64,000 bases of DNA from Auanema rhodensis (Eukaryota; Animalia; Nematoda), in NCBI GenBank assembly GCA_964057225.1, contig OZ059896.1:16306001-16370000 (forward strand), read 5' to 3'. Below the pieces are notes generated by a model. It saw only the letters and a list, made by a program, of their open reading frames with translations. It was not told where the DNA came from and did no database searches. Each line of letters begins with the position of its first letter. Position 1 is the stretch's first letter. This document shows, piece by piece, positions 19,953 to 30,060 of the stretch. The translations under genes and the position numbers were made by a program.

Positions 19953-20365
19953 TTTGGAATCACTCTTGGTTCGGAAAAACCGCGAGTGTTTCGTTATATG
20001 GGGGATGTTGACGTTGAATGAGTGACAAGAAATTCGGGTCGGTTATAGGAAAAGTAAGAAACGTTTGAAGATTGAGACGTGGCGTCTTTCGCCGAGAATC
20101 GTTATTAGATGAGAAAGAGTTTTAAAATCTTGGCCTGAGATCTGGCTCCGCCTATCTACCGTATTCTCTTTTCTTTATTCTATTTCACAGATGTTCATCA
20201 ATTATAAATTTTTTTTGGTCTTCGCTCTTTCTAGCCTCAATCTTAATACTTTACTCTAATTGAATTCTTGAAAGTATGAGAGAGATTTTCAGTCGTTTTA
20301 TGTCCCCTTTTTATGCATAAGAATCTTTATATTTGTAGAGCTGAAAAAAAAAAATAAATCAAAGA

Positions 20366-20899
20366 ATGGCTTATGAAGGTCTATCGGGAATGACTTTTGT
20401 CTTGAGGAAGCTGTACGCTGACCTCGTCTTGTATGATCAAGACGAAGTGTTAGCTTATAGGCCGCACCCAGACATAATTAAGATGGTTGGTTAAAACAAA
20501 GAAACATGTTATCTTAATAAGAATTTTTAGTTTATTGAGGATTTAAAGATGCATTATCTGGGAAGGGGATTAGTAAACTTCTCCCTAATGCAGGAAATAG
20601 CGGATGAGGTTGCAGCTATCCGGCGATGGTGCCTCACCGACTTGTGCGCGCATTGGTATGAAAACCCAAATCTGGTCGCATCCCCTTGGAATTGGTATGA
20701 GCATAAGTCTCATGATTTTTATGATTATATGTCTAAAATTTTGTTTAAAATTTATTTATTTTATGAACAGTCTCCTATGGGCTTATTGCTAAGGACCTCT
20801 GCGGATTCGGTGTATTCGCAGTATTTAGAGCCTAGCGATGAGCCCATCTCACAGCCTATAGAATTTGTGAGACAGTTGCATTTTAAATGGGGCTTTTAA
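20366..20899 (+). CDS. Antisense two-exon accessory gene inside the gypsy element (exons 20366-20485 and 20531-20899; 162 aa, unknown function)
   Basis: AGA-ATG-G start; 40 codons; 45-nt GTTGGT...TTTTTAG phase-0 intron that removes an in-frame stop; exon 2 in frame with the 116-aa ORF; AATAAA at 20916-20921. Confidence 0.65.
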
Positions 20900-21869
20900 C
20901 AATTGTTTCATATATAATAAATACTTAATTTCACTCATTTGTTCTCTCTCTCTTTTTTTTTTTTTTCCATAACACAAACTTTGGTCGAGCTTATTAATAA
21001 AGAAGGAGTGCGTGCGCCTTGGGAAAATGGCTCATGTGCACGTTATTATTAAAAGCCGTGGGCGATTCTTTTTCGGAATGATTTTGGCATGCTAATGAGA
21101 TTCCGAGAATATTTAAAAAGATTGCTCATTTTACTAATGGACTGAGACCAAAGCTCGTTTATAAAACGCAATTTTTTTCTTTAAACCATTCTACTAATTT
21201 ATAGAATATTACAATATGAATACTACGGTAGGTGTGTGGGAATATCTTATGATGTTAGCAACAAAAATGAGCTGAGGAAGGTGACACATTCTACGGAGAA
21301 GAAAACATCCGTAGCCCATGTGCTTTCGCCAAAATGACCTGACAGGCAATAAAATTTGTGCCAGGATTTTTCGGACTAGTGTGGTCTATTCTCACAATCA
21401 AAAAAAAAATAAAAACCGAATAACGGCTCCCGCAAAAATATTTAGTTAGCATGCTCTTTTACGCCTGAATTTAACTTTCAAATCTCTAGTCCTGACCACA
21501 ATAAAATATTAAACTTTGTGCGCTTTCAAAATTTCATTCTAACTCCTCGTTGCCAAATAATAATGTAATCAAAATTTCGTTTGGTGAAATTGTCCCCTAT
21601 TTCGATCCAAACGTCCTCAAAAAAAAATGCAAGAGAAGCGGTGCAGGATACGGTATTATAAGGGTGGACACTCAGACGGTTTTATGAGTGGGGACAGCGG
21701 GTGAAATTTCAAAATTATGTAGTCCTAGCTCTCTAAAAGAGAGATCCCTTGTACCTGCACCTTATACAAGTTGGCGCCCTCATTATGTTGCTAACCGTGG
21801 AGGAAGTTTTAATTTAGATATCAAAATATGGACTTTTTATGCGAGTTTTTGCGACAAAAATGAGTTCGA

Positions 21870-21882
21870 GGTGGAACCTCCA
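21870..21882 (-). other. Primer-binding site (tRNA-Gln 3' end, 13 nt)
   Basis: + strand GGTGGAACCTCCA adjacent to the 5' LTR. Confidence 0.85.
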
Positions 21883-22248
21883 CGTTCCATTATGCTCCTA
21901 CGTATATTGAACAGACCATTGTAGTCTGCTCAACTACGCGTATAGTATTCCATAAGTGTAGCGGTATGGAAACAGAGCATAAGGATTACATAAGATAAGG
22001 AAATATATAGGTTTATTATACACAATACAATATCATTACAATACATTAACACAAGGATAAAGTAAACTACATTTACAAGACAAAGACTAATATATAAGAT
22101 TAACTAAGTTAGATGCAAACCGTCCATGGGCTTGCAAAGGGGCGAACTCCCGAATAGGGGCATGAGGGAAGGCGGTGCCATTCCTCATTCCTCTAGTCGG
22201 TCTGGCTCTAACCCTGCAGTTACATATATAGAGTCTCCGAATGGAACG
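21883..22248 (-). repeat. 5' LTR of the gag-env-pol element
   Basis: Direct repeat of 10175-10540. Confidence 0.96.
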
Positions 22249-22266
22249 AAAGAAAGGTAAGCATTC

Positions 22267-22385
22267 GCTTACGACCATACCACGTTGAAAGTACGCCATC
22301 CCGTCCGATCTGGCAAGTCAAGCAACGTTGGGCCCGGTTAGTACTTGGATCGGAGACGGCTTGGGAATCCCGGGTGCCGTAAGCT
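22267..22385 (+). rRNA. 5S rRNA (copy 13)
   Basis: Full copy; sequence upstream of -18 replaced by the LTR. Confidence 0.97.
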
Positions 22386-22486
22386 TTTTCTTTTTCTCAC
22401 TTTCTCATCTAGTTTGTAATCAGTAGTTACCTATATGGTATACGGTTATCTGGAAATGTTTTCATTTTCCGAGACAATTCTTAGAC

Positions 22487-22627
22487 AGCTTTGCGCAGTG
22501 GCGATAACGTGACCAATGAGGCTTTGCCGAGGTGCGTTTATTGCTGGTTGAAAACTTTTCCCAATTACCCGCGATATTCCCTGAAACATGGGTGATATAC
22601 GCAATTTTTGAATGCCTGATAAGGCTG
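22487..22627 (+). ncRNA. U4 snRNA (copy 13)
   Basis: Full copy. Confidence 0.95.
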
Positions 22628-22737
22628 ATTTGCATATTATGGAAGAATGTTCCACGTGAAAAGACGTCAATTTTCAAAATCAAACTAAAACGAACGGTTG
22701 CACTGCATACATATTCTGAAAAGAGAGGTAAGCATTC

Positions 22738-22856
22738 GCTTACGACCATACCACGTTGAAAGTACGCCATCCCGTCCGATCTGGCAAGTCGAGCAACGTT
22801 GGGCCCGGTTAGTACTTGGATCGGAGACGGCTTGGGAATCCCGGGTGCCGTAAGCT
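22738..22856 (+). rRNA. 5S rRNA (copy 14)
   Basis: Full copy; box A variant AGTCGAGC. Confidence 0.97.
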
Positions 22857-22957
22857 TTTTCTTTTTCTCACTTTCTCATCTAGTTTGTAATCAGTAGTTA
22901 CCTATATGGTATACGGTTATCTGGAAATGTTTTCATTTTCCGAGACAATTCTTAGAC

Positions 22958-23098
22958 AGCTTTGCGCAGTGGCGATAACGTGACCAATGAGGCTTTGCCG
23001 AGGTGCGTTTATTGCTGGTTGAAAACTTTTCCCAATTACCCGCGATATTCCCTGAAACATGGGTGATATACGCAATTTTTGAATGCCTGATAAGGCTG
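22958..23098 (+). ncRNA. U4 snRNA (copy 14)
   Basis: Full copy. Confidence 0.95.
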
Positions 23099-23208
23099 AT
23101 TTGCATATTATGGAAGAATGTTCCACGTGAAAAGACGTCAATTTTCAAAATCAAACTAGAACGAACGGTTGCACTGCATACATATTCTGAAAAGAAAGGT
23201 AAGCATTC

Positions 23209-23327
23209 GCTTACGACCATACCACGTTGAAAATACGCCATCCCGTCCGATCTGGCAAGTCAAGCAACGTTGGGCCCGGTTAGTACTTGGATCGGAGACG
23301 GCTTGGGAATCCCGGGTGCCGTAAGCT
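23209..23327 (+). rRNA. 5S rRNA (copy 15)
   Basis: Full copy. Confidence 0.98.
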
Positions 23328-23428
23328 TTTTCTTTTTCTCACTTTCTCATCTAGTTTGTAATCAGTAGTTACCTATATGGTATACGGTTATCTGGAAATG
23401 TTTTCATTTTCCGAGACAATTCTTAGAC

Positions 23429-23569
23429 AGCTTTGCGCAGTGGCGATAACGTGACCAATGAGGCTTTGCCGAGGTGCGTTTATTGCTGGTTGAAAACTTT
23501 TCCCAATTACCCGCGGTATTCCCTGAAACATGGGTGATATACGCAATTTTTGAATGCCTGATAAGGCTG
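23429..23569 (+). ncRNA. U4 snRNA (copy 15)
   Basis: Full copy; one A>G change (CCGCGGTAT). Confidence 0.95.
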
Positions 23570-23679
23570 ATTTGCATATTATGGAAGAATGTTCCACGTG
23601 AAAAGACGTCAATTTTCAAAATCAAACTAAAACGAACGGTTGCACTGCATACATATTCTGAAAAGAAAGGTAAGCATTC

Positions 23680-23798
23680 GCTTACGACCATACCACGTTG
23701 AAAGTACGCCATCCCGTCCGATCTGGCAAGTCAAGCAACGTTGGGCCCGGTTAGTACTTGGATCGGAGACGGCTTGGGAATCCCGGGTGCCGTAAGCT
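23680..23798 (+). rRNA. 5S rRNA (copy 16)
   Basis: Full copy. Confidence 0.98.
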
Positions 23799-23899
23799 TT
23801 TTCTTTTTCTCACTTTCTCATCTAGTTTGTAATCAGTAGTTACCTATATGGTATACGGTTATCTGGAAATGTTTTCATTTTCCGAGACAATTCTTAGAC

Positions 23900-24040
23900 A
23901 GCTTTGCGCAGTGGCGATAACGTGACCAATGAGGCTTTGCCGAGGTGCGTTTATTGCTGGTTGAAAACTTTTCCCAATTACCCGCGATATTCCCTGAAAC
24001 ATGGGTGATATACGCAATTTTTGAATGCCTGATAAGGCTG
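23900..24040 (+). ncRNA. U4 snRNA (copy 16)
   Basis: Full copy. Confidence 0.95.
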
Positions 24041-24150
24041 ATTTGCATATTATGGAAGAATGTTCCACGTGAAAAGACGTCAATTTTCAAAATCAAACTA
24101 AAACGAACGGTTGCACTGCATACATATTCCGAAAAGAAAGGTAAGCATTC

Positions 24151-24269
24151 GCTTACGACCATACCACGTTGAAAGTACGCCATCCCGTCCGATCTGGCAA
24201 GTCAAGCAACGTTGGGCCCGGTTAGTACTTGGATCGGAGACGGCTTGGGAATCCCGGGTGCCGTAAGCT
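24151..24269 (+). rRNA. 5S rRNA (copy 17)
   Basis: Full copy. Confidence 0.98.
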
Positions 24270-24370
24270 TTTTCTTTTTCTCATTTTCTCATCTAGTTTG
24301 TAATCAGTAGTTACCTATATGGTATACGGTTAACTAGAAATGTTTTCATTTTCCGAGACAATTCTTAGAC

Positions 24371-24511
24371 AGCTTTGCGCAGTGGCGATAACGTGACCAA
24401 TGAGGCTTTGCCGAGGTGCGTTTATTGCTGGTTGAAAACTTTTCCCAATTACCCGCGATATTCCCTGAAACATGGGTGATATACGCAATTTTTGAATGCC
24501 TGATAAGGCTG
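24371..24511 (+). ncRNA. U4 snRNA (copy 17)
   Basis: Full copy. Confidence 0.95.
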
Positions 24512-24621
24512 ATTTGCATATTATGGAAGAATGTTCCACGTGAAAAGACGTCAATTTTCAAAATCAAACTAGAACGAACGGTTGCACTGCATACATATTC
24601 TGAAAAGAAAGGTAAGCATTC

Positions 24622-24740
24622 CCTTACGACCATACCACGTTGAAAATACGCCATCCCGTCCGATCTGGCAAGTCAAGCAACGTTGGGCCCGGTTAGTACT
24701 TGGATCGGAGACGGCTTGGGAATCCCGGGTGCCGTAAGCT
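24622..24740 (+). rRNA. 5S rRNA (copy 18; G+1>C variant)
   Basis: Full-length but begins CCTTACGAC. Confidence 0.93.
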
Positions 24741-24841
24741 TTTTCTTTTTCTCATTTTCTCATAAAGTTTGTAATCAGTAGTTACCTATAGGGTATACGG
24801 TTAACTAGAAATGTTTTCATTTTCCGAGACAATTCTTAGAC

Positions 24842-24982
24842 AGCTTTGCGCAGTGGCGATAACGTGACCAATGAGGCTTTGCCGAGGTGCGTTTATTGCT
24901 GGTTGAAAACTTTTCCCAATTACCCGCGATATTCCCTGAAACATGGGTGATATACGCAATTTTTGAATGCCTGAAAAGGCTG
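24842..24982 (+). ncRNA. U4 snRNA (copy 18)
   Basis: Full copy; 3' hairpin loop variant GAAA. Confidence 0.95.
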
Positions 24983-25092
24983 ATTTGCATATTATGGAAG
25001 AATGTTCCACGTGAAAAGACGTCAATTTTCAAAATCTAACTAAAACGAACGGTTGCACTGCATACATATTCCGAAAAGAAAGGTAAGCATTC

Positions 25093-25211
25093 GCTTACGA
25101 CCATACCACGTTGAAAGTACGCCATCCCGTCCGATCTGGCAAGTCAAGCAACGTTGGGCCCGGTTAGTACTTGGATCGGAGACGGCTTGGGAATCCCGGG
25201 TGCCGTAAGCT
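25093..25211 (+). rRNA. 5S rRNA (copy 19)
   Basis: Full copy. Confidence 0.98.
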
Positions 25212-25312
25212 TTTTCTTTTTCTCATTTTCTCATCTAGTTTGTAATCAGTAGTTACCTATATGGTATACGGTTATCTGGAAATGTTTTCATTTTCCGAGA
25301 CAATTCTTAGAC

Positions 25313-25453
25313 AGCTTTGCGCAGTGGCGATAACGTGACCAATGAGGCTTTGCCGAGGTGCGTTTATTGCTGGTTGAAAACTTTTCCCAATTACCCGCGA
25401 TATTCCCTGAAACATGGGTGATATACGCAATTTTTGAATGCCTGATAAGGCTG
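25313..25453 (+). ncRNA. U4 snRNA (copy 19)
   Basis: Full copy. Confidence 0.95.
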
Positions 25454-25563
25454 ATTTGCATATTATGGAAGAATGTTCCACGTGAAAAGACGTCAATTTT
25501 CAAAATCAAACTAGAACGAACGGTTGCACTGCATACATATTCTGAAAAGAAAGGTAAGCATTC

Positions 25564-25682
25564 GCTTACGACCATACCACGTTGAAAATACGCCATCCCG
25601 TCCGATCTGGCAAGTCAAGCAACGTTGGGCCCGGTTAGTACTTGGATCGGAGACGGCTTGGGAATCCCGGGTGCCGTAAGCT
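25564..25682 (+). rRNA. 5S rRNA (copy 20)
   Basis: Full copy. Confidence 0.98.
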
Positions 25683-25783
25683 TTTTCTTTTTCTCATTTT
25701 CTCATAAAGTTTGTAATCAGTAGTTACCTATAGGGTATACGGTTAACTAGAAATGTTTTCATTTTCCGAGACAATTCTTAGAC

Positions 25784-25924
25784 AGCTTTGCGCAGTGGCG
25801 ATAACGTGACCAATGAGGCTTTGCCGAGGTGCGTTTATTGCTGGTTGAAAACTTTTCCCAATTACCCGCGATATTCCCTGAAACATGGGTGATATACGCA
25901 ATTTTTGAATGCCTGATAAGGCTG
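25784..25924 (+). ncRNA. U4 snRNA (copy 20)
   Basis: Full copy. Confidence 0.95.
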
Positions 25925-26034
25925 ATTTGCATATTATGGAAGAATGTTCCACGTGAAAAGACGTCAATTTTCAAAATCAAACTAGAACGAACGGTTGCAC
26001 TGCATACATATTCTGAAAAGAAAGGTAAGCATTC

Positions 26035-26153
26035 GCTTACGACCATACCACGTTGAAAATACGCCATCCCGTCCGATCTGGCAAGTCAAGCAACGTTGGG
26101 CCCGGTTAGTACTTGGATCGGAGACGGCTTGGGAATCCCGGGTGCCGTAAGCT
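26035..26153 (+). rRNA. 5S rRNA (copy 21)
   Basis: Full copy. Confidence 0.98.
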
Positions 26154-26254
26154 TTTTCTTTTTCTCATTTTCTCATAAAGTTTGTAATCAGTAGTTACCT
26201 ATAGGGTATACGGTTAACTAGAAATGTTTTCATTTTCCGAGACAATTCTTAGAC

Positions 26255-26299
26255 AGCTTTGCGCAGTGGCGATAACGGGAATCCTGGGTGGCGTAAACT
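26255..26299 (+). pseudogene. Truncated U4 (first 23 nt) fused to a diverged 5S 3' end
   Basis: AGCTTTGCGCAGTGGCGATAACG then GGAATCCTGGGTGGCGTAAACT (cf. 5S GGAATCCCGGGTGCCGTAAGCT). Confidence 0.8.
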
Positions 26300-26951
26300 G
26301 GAAAATCTGAAATAATTTCTATGTTTTTAAAACGAAAGTATAACTTCACAGCGACTTCAGAAAAACAACAACTATTTCCCGCTCTTTCGAGGGGATTGCA
26401 AAAAATGAATTTACTCATATGCGTCCCTATGCACGGAAATCTTTAGTAAAAGGCGAAAGATTTTCACGGAGGATTGCAAAGGAACCAGAGGATACATATT
26501 CCGCATTACGTGACACCGCGTTTCGTTGAATAGCGTATCTGATATGGGTTTTAGAGTGTTAAATGTTAGTTTAGATGACCGAAAATTAAACATAAAATAA
26601 CTGAGAAGTAAAACGTATACTATAAAAAGAGACCAACACTGCACTTGATGCCAATAAAAGCAATATCAACAAGTAATTCCCTATAGTAATTCATATTTTT
26701 CCTCTTTAAAGCTGTTATTGAACCATCATGGCCAAGAAAGATGCTTCTTTTATCTTATGCCATCTATTCTCTGACCGCGCCTCCAGGGGATTATTCCTAG
26801 GAATCATTTGACAGATTGCCTTCAACCATATGTATTAATAGTCATATTCAAGTTTATAATAGTTGAAAACATGGCCTTATTATTTATTTCTAATTTTTGC
26901 TTAACTATTATATTATTTTCATATTATTTGAGGAAAATATTGGAATGAACA

Positions 26952-29566
26952 ATGTTATTATTACGTAAGTACTTGCTACTCTTTACTTTCCTTTTCGCTC
27001 ATGATATTTATGGAAGTGAAGACGAGTATCGTTTATTAGCTGATTTAAAATATAATTATGATTCGTACGAAAGGCCTGTAGCTAATTCTAATGAAACATT
27101 AGTTGTATCTGTCAAACTATATTTACAGCAAATATTGGATGTGGTTAGTTTTAGAAGTTTTTTTTTTGAATTTTAAAAGTTTCATGTTCATGTATATTAT
27201 ACTAAGTATCATAGCCCATAATGATAAAGCAAATCTTCCTAACCATTACCGTCAAATAACCCAAAAATGGTTTTTTATGATATTTATTGTAATTACATGA
27301 CTTTTCTTTAAATTTGAAATAACTTTATGTATTATTATGTGTCTTCTTATACGTTTAGGATGAGAAAAATCAGGTTATAACTTTAACAGCTTGGATTGAA
27401 TATCAGTGGACGGATTATAAACTTAAATGGGAACCAGCAGAATATGGAAATATCAAAGATATTCGCATCCCAGGAGAAGCTCATACAATTTGGAGGCCTG
27501 ATGTGCTGTTGTATAATAGGTTTGTCATATTTTTTTGATGAACAAGTCCAGAAAAATAATATAATTTTAGTGCCGATGAAAACTTTGACTCAACATACCC
27601 GGTTAATTATGTTGTTAGTCATACAGGACACGTACTTCAAGTTCCGCCAGGAATTCTGAAGTTATCCTGCAAAATTGATATAACATATTTTCCATTTGAT
27701 GATCAAATATGCCATTTGAAGGTTATTTTTCAAAACTTCAAGTATTTCTTTTCGAATATTTTAACACGTATAGACCTCACAGAATCCTCTATAATCCTTT
27801 CTAATTCATCATTTCACATTCAGTTTGGCTCTTGGACATATAGCGGAAATTTCATTGATTTACGAATAAATGGGCCTGACGGTTATAATATTTCTGAACA
27901 AGGGATGGATATTTCATATTATATAGAAAATGGAGAATGGAATCTTTTAGGTTAGTTAAACTAATCCAAACTCATATAGTTAGTATAATCGCTAGTTTTA
28001 GCTGTACCAGCTCGTAATGAAACGAATGTGTTCGATGGTGAACCATATCCGTCCATTTACTTCTATCTCATCATACAAAGAAGAACCCTTTATTATGGTA
28101 AACTTGAAGCTTACACAATATTAGTGATAAATCGAATTATAGGTTTAAATCTAATTATACCATCATTGTTAATATCTTTGATGACTGTTCTTGGCTTCAC
28201 ATTACCCCCTGATGCAGGAGAAAAAATAACTTTAGGTATTGCCTGGAAGTCTTATTACGGCAAATAATGATTTATAGAAATTACAATTTTGCTATCGGTG
28301 TGTTTCTTTCTCAGCATGGTTGCAGAAATGACTCCACCAACTTCTGATGCAGTTCCTTTAATCGGTATTTCTTATGTTGTATGACTTTTACTTAACAACA
28401 ATTTGAGGTGCATTCTTCTCCTGTTGTATGCTTGTTGTATCAGCTTCTGTTGTTTTCACTGTTTTGGTTCTGAATCTGCATAATCGTAAACCAGAAACTC
28501 ACGAGATGAGTCCATTTGTAAGATTTACTTTCGACGAAATAATAACCTTTGTAAATAATTGTTCAGTTAAGAGAATTTCTTCTGGTCTGGTTACCTGGTA
28601 TTCTCATTATGCAACGTCCGCATTTATCAAATGATGAAGGGGTATATATTTAACGAATATTATAAATTTTCTAAACTGTATATAGAGTACTCCAACAGTT
28701 CCCCAGCCACCAGTCCGTAAACGTTATGACCCTTCCATGATTTTGGGTAAGTATTTTTCGAAAATAACAGAAAACAAATTGTACAACTATTATTCATTCA
28801 AAGAAAAAAAGATAACAGTTAGTGCAGATGTTTGTAATGCTTAATGGTTATGTTTATTCAAATGAATTTATTAGCATATTGATAGATGTAATACTAATAA
28901 TACATATACAACACATTAATTCGTATTATAATTAAATTTTTAATATTATTAAATGATTAAATAAAAATTAAATAAAAATTAAAAATAAATATAAATAATT
29001 ATAATATTTTTAGACAATAAAGCATGTTCCACATTAGGACCTATGTATCACTCTACAATGTCTTATAAAAAAGGAAATTGTTCTTACGATTGTCATTCAG
29101 ATACAAGTAAAATATATGTATTGTTTGTATATGTCATGTATCATTTAGATGAGTTGGCAAAATATCTGAAGAATGCTTGCTCAGAGCTGAAAGCAATATC
29201 AAATCAAATAAAAATCATACGCAAACGTAGTGATGAAGAAGAAAGGGTATTTTTGTATCATATAATCTTTTGACCTATTTTTAATCATCAAACTTTGTGC
29301 GTATATGTATGTATAAAGTCGTTTCTATTTGAACAAATATAACAATATTTCTATAGCTTATAACGTTTAGAAGATAAAATACAGTATATACTTAAATGTT
29401 TTATCTACTTACCTTTCTAAGTTTAGTTTTACAGGACGAACTCGTTGAAAACGAATGGAAGTTTGCAGCAATGGTCGTTGATAGATTATGTCTTTTCGTC
29501 TTCACCGTATTCATTGTGGTCTCAACATGTGGAATTATGCTATCATCACCTCATCTAATTGCCTAA
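26952..29566 (+). CDS. Nicotinic acetylcholine receptor subunit, ACR-16-group non-alpha type (ACR-14/ACR-9/ACR-25-like); multi-exon
   Basis: Signal peptide, [13 protein letters not shown], Cys loop [23 protein letters not shown]2 entry [22 protein letters not shown] before TM4; loop C lacks the vicinal CC. Confidence 0.93.
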
Positions 29567-30060
29567 ATATCAAATAAAAATGATAATGTTTATGCTTTTT
29601 TTCTGAACAACTTTTATTATTCAGATATCATCATATAGTCTAACAATCTCTCCATTAATTTTTTTTCAACCTCTCTTCCTCAATACCATCCTCCCTCCCC
29701 CTCTCTCACGCTCTCTCTATATTCTTCTTTTGAAACTTTCCCTTTTATATCGTTGCCATGGAATCAATATTTGTGGAAACGGAAACCATATGAAATATGT
29801 TTTCCTCTTGTTGCCTATGTTATAAAATATTTTAAACGTTTCCAAATCCGTTCAAGTGATTTGTACAACGCACTATTGCAACTTTAGGTTATCATGTTCC
29901 ATTTTATTAGTTTGGTACATTTTGATATCATATCAAACAGTTCCTTTCACCTGATGATAAATCTTAAAAAGAAATTTTATCAACACATGCTGTATCTAGT
30001 GTTTATATTCTATTTTCAAATTCTTATACTTTAAATCTATATTTGCAGAATTAAAAGTAA

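Larger units (their letters stand above)
10175..22248 (-). mobile_element. Intact envelope-encoding Ty3/gypsy LTR retrotransposon (12,074 bp), gag-env-pol order
   Basis: 366-bp LTRs at 10175-10540 and 21883-22248 (no mismatch seen by eye); TSD AAAG at 10171-10174 and 22249-22252; PBS; PPT; uninterrupted 2901-codon ORF with PR-RT-RH-IN order. Confidence 0.97.
717..26300 (+). repeat. Tandem array of a 471-bp 5S rRNA + U4 snRNA unit, interrupted by two LTR elements
   Basis: 5S starts at exact 471-bp spacing (742, 1213, 1684; 5950...9718; 22267...26035); units differ by only a few SNPs. Confidence 0.98.

Noticed and set aside
22215-22248. LTR end TACATATATA mimicking the 5S upstream TACATA element it displaces
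   Set aside because: It sits about 16 bp too far upstream (-46 vs -30) and is a low-complexity match
921-26067. Recurrent 68-102 aa ORFs on both strands in each array unit
   Set aside because: They overlap the U4 and 5S genes, often start at TTG/GTG and resemble no protein; they recur only because the unit repeats
717-26300. CRISPR-like regular repeat array
   Set aside because: Units are identical along their whole length with no unique spacers; eukaryotic context with no cas genes
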